From the NCBI GenBank assembly GCA_964511305.1, contig CAZEEU010000001.1, forward strand, positions 1 through 51,956: a DNA stretch of 51,956 nt. Direction: 5' to 3'. Origin of the DNA: an uncultured Gammaproteobacteria bacterium. Lineage in GTDB: Bacteria > Patescibacteriota > Microgenomatia > Levybacterales > GWA1-39-11. How positions within the stretch are numbered: the first letter of the stretch is position 1; each line of letters starts with the position of its first letter. The notes beneath the pieces were generated by a model that was given only the letters and a program-made list of their open reading frames with translations, searched no databases and was not told the DNA's origin. A program made the position numbers and the translations under genes. Of the stretch, positions 48,242-51,956 are shown one piece after another.

Positions 48242-49015
48242 ATGGAAAATAAGAAGGTTATATATATAGGAGGAAAGCAAATTGGTGTCAATTGCCTAAG
48301 AATACTTTTGAAGAAAGGTATTAGACCTGAGCTGGTAATTGCTAACATGGATGACAATGGTCAAGATACTTGGCATGAATCAATTGTAAAGCTTTCTAAG
48401 AAGAGCAACCTATCACTTATTCAAAATACCCGTCTTAGTGACAAAAAACTTCAAAAACAAATTATTGAAAGTAATGCTGATATTATTTTTAGCATAGGTG
48501 GAACACACCTCATACCTGAAGTTATTCTTAAGGCACCAAAGTTGGGATGCTTTAATATTCATCCCGCACTTCTTCCTAAATATAGAGGCCGATACTCCAC
48601 AGTTCATGCACTTTTTAATGGTGAAAAAAATATTGGTGTAACAGCACATTGGATGGATATGGGTATTGATACAGGTCCTATAATTCTTCAAAGAAAATTT
48701 AAAGTAACCGACGCAGATACAGCAAAAAGCGTATATGATAATTTTACAAAGCTTGGGACGGATATTTTTGAAGAATTTGTAGAAAAATGGATAAAAAAAA
48801 GGGTTCCTAAATCAAAAATACAAAACGAAAAAAATGCATCGTATTATCCGAAGGGTTTACCTAATGATGGAAATATTGATTGGAACTGGAATGGTCTTCA
48901 AATATATAATTTCATCCGCTCTATGACTTTCGAACCTTTTCCTCCAGCAAGCTTTTATATTGGGAAAAAAAAGATGGTAATTGTTGAAGAGAAGTATTTT
49001 AAAGGATTTAAATAA
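48242..49015 (+). CDS. formyltransferase (Fmt/ArnA-N-terminal-like; probable sugar N-formyltransferase)
   Basis: FNIHPALLPKYRGRYS, MGIDTGPII, and a Formyl_trans_C-like tail. Confidence 0.75.
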   Translation: MENKKVIYIGGKQIGVNCLRILLKKGIRPELVIANMDDNGQDTWHESIVKLSKKSNLSLIQNTRLSDKKLQKQIIESNADIIFSIGGTHLIPEVILKAPKLGCFNIHPALLPKYRGRYSTVHALFNGEKNIGVTAHWMDMGIDTGPIILQRKFKVTDADTAKSVYDNFTKLGTDIFEEFVEKWIKKRVPKSKIQNEKNASYYPKGLPNDGNIDWNWNGLQIYNFIRSMTFEPFPPASFYIGKKKMVIVEEKYFKGFK

Positions 49016-49016
49016 T

Positions 49017-50114
49017 ATGCGAAAAATACCTTGGTGGGAACCAGTAATAGGAACAGAGGAACAGAAATACATAAAAAAAGTACTAGATAGTGCTTTTCCA
49101 AATGAGGGCCCACTTACTATAGAATTCCAAAATAAAATTGCAGGTCTTATTGGAGCAAAATATGCAATCGCCGTTCCTAATGCAACAAGTGCTATGTATC
49201 TTTCTCTCAAAGCCCTAGGAATAGGATTTGGAGATGAAGTTATAGTCCCAGATCTGACGTTCATTGCAACTGCACATGCAGTCGAAATGACAGGAGCCAA
49301 GCCGGTTCTTTGTGACGTAGATCCTGATACTCTTACTATTGATATAAGAAATTTTGAAAAACTCATTACTAAAAAAACAAAGGCAGTTATTCCGGTACAT
49401 GTAAGTGGAAGAGGGGCTGATATGAAATCGCTACTAAAAATTGCCAAAAAAAACAACGTGCTAGTCGTAGAGGATGCTGCGGAAGCATTACTTTCTAAAA
49501 AAGACGGAAAATATCTCGGTACTTTTGGAATAACAGGATGTTTTTCTTTTTCCCCTGCGAAAGTCATAACAACAGGACAAGGAGGAGTTATAGTAACTAA
49601 CAATACAAAAGTTTATAAAAAACTGATTGAATTAAAAGACCAAGGTCGCGACAAAAGAGGCACAGGCGGAGATGATATTCATGTAGGTCTTGGGTTTAAC
49701 TTTAAATTTACTGATCTTCAGGCAGCAATGGGACTTGGGCAACTTACTATGCTTGCTAAAAGAGCAAAAGTAATGCGTCAGAACCATGAAATTTATAGAA
49801 ACGCTCTTTCAAAAATTACTCAAATTAAAATTCTTCCATTTGATACTAAAAATGGAGAACTACCTCTCTGGACTGATGCTATTTGTGAAAATAGAAATAA
49901 GCTGGATAAGTTCTTACAATTAAATGGCGCCGACTGCAGAAGATTTTGGCATCCCATCCACACACAAGCATATTATAAAAAAAGCAAAGGAACATTTACA
50001 GTCGCATCTAAACTTTCACCATTAACATTATGGCTTCCATCGGCTTTTACTTTGAAGCGCACAGACATACTTTTTGTTGTAAGCTTGATTAAACAATTTT
50101 ATGGCTACAAATAA
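49017..50114 (+). CDS. DegT/DnrJ/EryC1/StrS-family PLP sugar aminotransferase (ArnB-like)
   Basis: ATG sits 1 nt after the preceding stop. AVPNATSAMYL, DEVIVPDLTFIAT and PLP-lysine FSFSPAKVITTGQGG. Confidence 0.85.
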   Translation: MRKIPWWEPVIGTEEQKYIKKVLDSAFPNEGPLTIEFQNKIAGLIGAKYAIAVPNATSAMYLSLKALGIGFGDEVIVPDLTFIATAHAVEMTGAKPVLCDVDPDTLTIDIRNFEKLITKKTKAVIPVHVSGRGADMKSLLKIAKKNNVLVVEDAAEALLSKKDGKYLGTFGITGCFSFSPAKVITTGQGGVIVTNNTKVYKKLIELKDQGRDKRGTGGDDIHVGLGFNFKFTDLQAAMGLGQLTMLAKRAKVMRQNHEIYRNALSKITQIKILPFDTKNGELPLWTDAICENRNKLDKFLQLNGADCRRFWHPIHTQAYYKKSKGTFTVASKLSPLTLWLPSAFTLKRTDILFVVSLIKQFYGYK

Positions 50115-50874
50115 CAACGCCCCCACACTTTCGATTTTACTTCCAGTAAGAAATGAGGGAATCAATATTGAATTGATGGTAAAAATCTTGTCTGCAGTAC
50201 TTACCATTCCACATGAGATACTTTTTATATACGATCATCCCAATGACGATTCATTACCAGTTATTCGTTCACTTTCTGCAAAAAAATTACACGTCAAACC
50301 CGTTCTTAACAAGCTAGGAAGAGGAGTAATAAATGCTATTAAAACCGGCGTAAATCACGCGCAAGGAAAATATATTTTGCTTTTGGCAGTTGATGACGTG
50401 GGCCCGACTCTTGCTATTGAAGATATGGTTTACCTTATGGATAAAGGGTGCGATTTAATTAGTTGCACACGGTATGCACATGGAGGCCGAAGATTGGGAG
50501 GGTCGGCTGTTGAAAGTATTGTCTCAAATGTTGGTAACAAACTGTTCAGAGTATTATGTGGCTCAGTTTTTAGTGATTCAACAACCGGCTTTAAGATGTT
50601 TCGACGTGATATTTTTGAAAAAATTAAACTTGAATCCAAACCAATTGGATGGGCAGTTGTTTTTGAGTTAGCAGTTAAAGCACAGGCTCAAGGATTCAAA
50701 CTGGGCGAGGTGCCTATTATTTCAATTGATCGCTTGTATGGAGGTAAATCTACATTTTTTCTTGGTCCATGGTTCCGGGAGTATATTAAGTGGTTTGTGT
50801 ATGGAATGGTACATTTACACAATGGTAAGAAAACTAAGCTTAGGGTAAGAATACCAAAAGTAACTGCGGACTAA
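50101..50874 (+). CDS. family 2 glycosyltransferase (ArnC/DPM1-like polyprenyl-phosphate sugar transferase)
   Basis: LSILLPVRNE...LAVDD. 14-nt overlap with the aminotransferase gene. Confidence 0.7.
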   Translation: MATNNNAPTLSILLPVRNEGINIELMVKILSAVLTIPHEILFIYDHPNDDSLPVIRSLSAKKLHVKPVLNKLGRGVINAIKTGVNHAQGKYILLLAVDDVGPTLAIEDMVYLMDKGCDLISCTRYAHGGRRLGGSAVESIVSNVGNKLFRVLCGSVFSDSTTGFKMFRRDIFEKIKLESKPIGWAVVFELAVKAQAQGFKLGEVPIISIDRLYGGKSTFFLGPWFREYIKWFVYGMVHLHNGKKTKLRVRIPKVTAD

Positions 50875-51956
50875 ATCCTTTTACGGGAACTCTTGAGCTG
50901 ATTGATATTAAAGAAAATATTTCCTGTACCAAATACGTTCCAAATATCACAAATGTAGCAATTCTTTTTGGCAACCTTTTTTAATTTTTTGATATCTAAT
51001 GATTTATACTCTAGGTGGTTTGTTGCAATAAATATTAGATCGGTATTTTTGCATGCTTCATATACATCATTTTGTATTTCCTGATAAGAATACTCTTTAA
51101 CGTAAGGATCATGCAATTCAACCTTCATATTCTCTCGCATAAGAGCCTTTCTAACCTTAAAGCTTAATGACTCACGTATATCATCGATCTCTGCTTTAAA
51201 AGCCATACCTAAAATGGTTGCCTTCTTTCCATCAAGTTCTACTTGATTTTTTAATTTCTTAACAAGAAATAATGGGATTGATTCATTGATCTTCCAACTT
51301 GTAGTTATAAGGTCGTTATATGGAAGATCGGAAACAAGAAAAAATCCATCTTTAAATAAACATGGGCCAGCTGTCATACCAGGGGAAGCAAGCCCTCCTC
51401 GCTTATATCTTGAGTTAACAAGATCAATAATGTTGTATATATTTTTCCCATGATTGTCCGCAACTACCATGAACTCATTTGCTATGGCAAAGTTAATATA
51501 TCTATACATATTGGTAAATAACTTTGCTAATTCTGCTGATACATCATCACTATTAAGAGTTGTACACCCAATTAATGAAAATAATTTCTCTGCTTTTCTT
51601 GTACTCTTTAGGTCAACTCCACCAATAATCTGCGGAATAATTCTTATTTCTTCAATTGCTTTACCCTCTACTATTCTTTCGGGACAGAATGCAATAAAAA
51701 AATTAACTCCTACTGTTAGTCCTTTTATACTATTTACTATCGACTTTACATATTGTGTCGTTCCTGGAGATACGGTGCTTCTTAAAATCAAAGTTTGTCC
51801 TTTTTTTAAATATGGCTTCATTGCATTAAGCGCTGCTTCTATCTGGGACAATACAGGATTCATGTTTGAATCAATAGGAGTACCGAGAGTTAAAATAATA
51901 TACTCTGATTTTTTTACGAATGAATAGTCTGTGCTTGCAATAAAATTTTTGCCAAC
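50871..51956 (-). CDS. UDP-glucose/GDP-mannose dehydrogenase family protein, N-terminus beyond window edge
   Basis: The frame stays open upstream of the ORF-track Met (…VGKNFIASTDYSFVKKSEYIILTLGTPIDSNMNPV…) to position 51956. STVSPGTT, FCPERIVEG and LGMAFK are family motifs. Confidence 0.8.
   Translation of the reverse strand, partial: VGKNFIASTDYSFVKKSEYIILTLGTPIDSNMNPVLSQIEAALNAMKPYLKKGQTLILRSTVSPGTTQYVKSIVNSIKGLTVGVNFFIAFCPERIVEGKAIEEIRIIPQIIGGVDLKSTRKAEKLFSLIGCTTLNSDDVSAELAKLFTNMYRYINFAIANEFMVVADNHGKNIYNIIDLVNSRYKRGGLASPGMTAGPCLFKDGFFLVSDLPYNDLITTSWKINESIPLFLVKKLKNQVELDGKKATILGMAFKAEIDDIRESLSFKVRKALMRENMKVELHDPYVKEYSYQEIQNDVYEACKNTDLIFIATNHLEYKSLDIKKLKKVAKKNCYICDIWNVFGTGNIFFNINQLKSSRKRI

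Overview
A 52-kb, AT-rich, gene-dense bacterial window read with the standard genetic code, since TGA terminates well-conserved genes. Tight operons, many 4-14 nt gene overlaps, a truncated ATP-synthase delta subunit, PolX, MurT/GatD and numerous GT-C membrane proteins all fit a small-genome, monoderm CPR/Patescibacteria-type organism; this assignment is inference. The left ~36 kb is housekeeping: kbl-tdh, a riboswitch-led metK, purA, greA, typA, rplS, pyrG, polX, lemA-htpX, murT-gatD, gatCAB-GGDEF-dnaE and the complete F1Fo atpBEFHAGDC operon. It also holds three tRNAs: Glu (partial), Gly-CCC and Asp-GUC. The right ~16 kb (36.8 kb to the window end) is a visibly more AT-rich surface-glycan locus. 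It encodes four large polytopic GT-C/Wzy-like membrane proteins, three GT2 enzymes, two SAM methyltransferases, an SDR, a GDP-fucose synthase and an Arn-like module (formyltransferase, aminotransferase, GT2, UDP-sugar dehydrogenase). I found no rRNA, CRISPR array, transposase or integrase. The candidates most worth follow-up are: (1) an orphan two-gene insert between metK and purA whose first ORF carries DarT/DUF4433-like ADP-ribosyltransferase motifs; (2) a minimal 7TM protein coupled to an ATP-grasp::retropepsin-fold fusion; (3) a 17-codon uORF that duplicates the HtpX N-terminus with mainly synonymous changes; (4) a TrpR/YerC-like gene bracketed by 28-nt direct repeats; (5) the Arn-like formamido-sugar module in an organism that should lack lipid A. 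All functional calls rest on reading motifs by eye; no database search was run.
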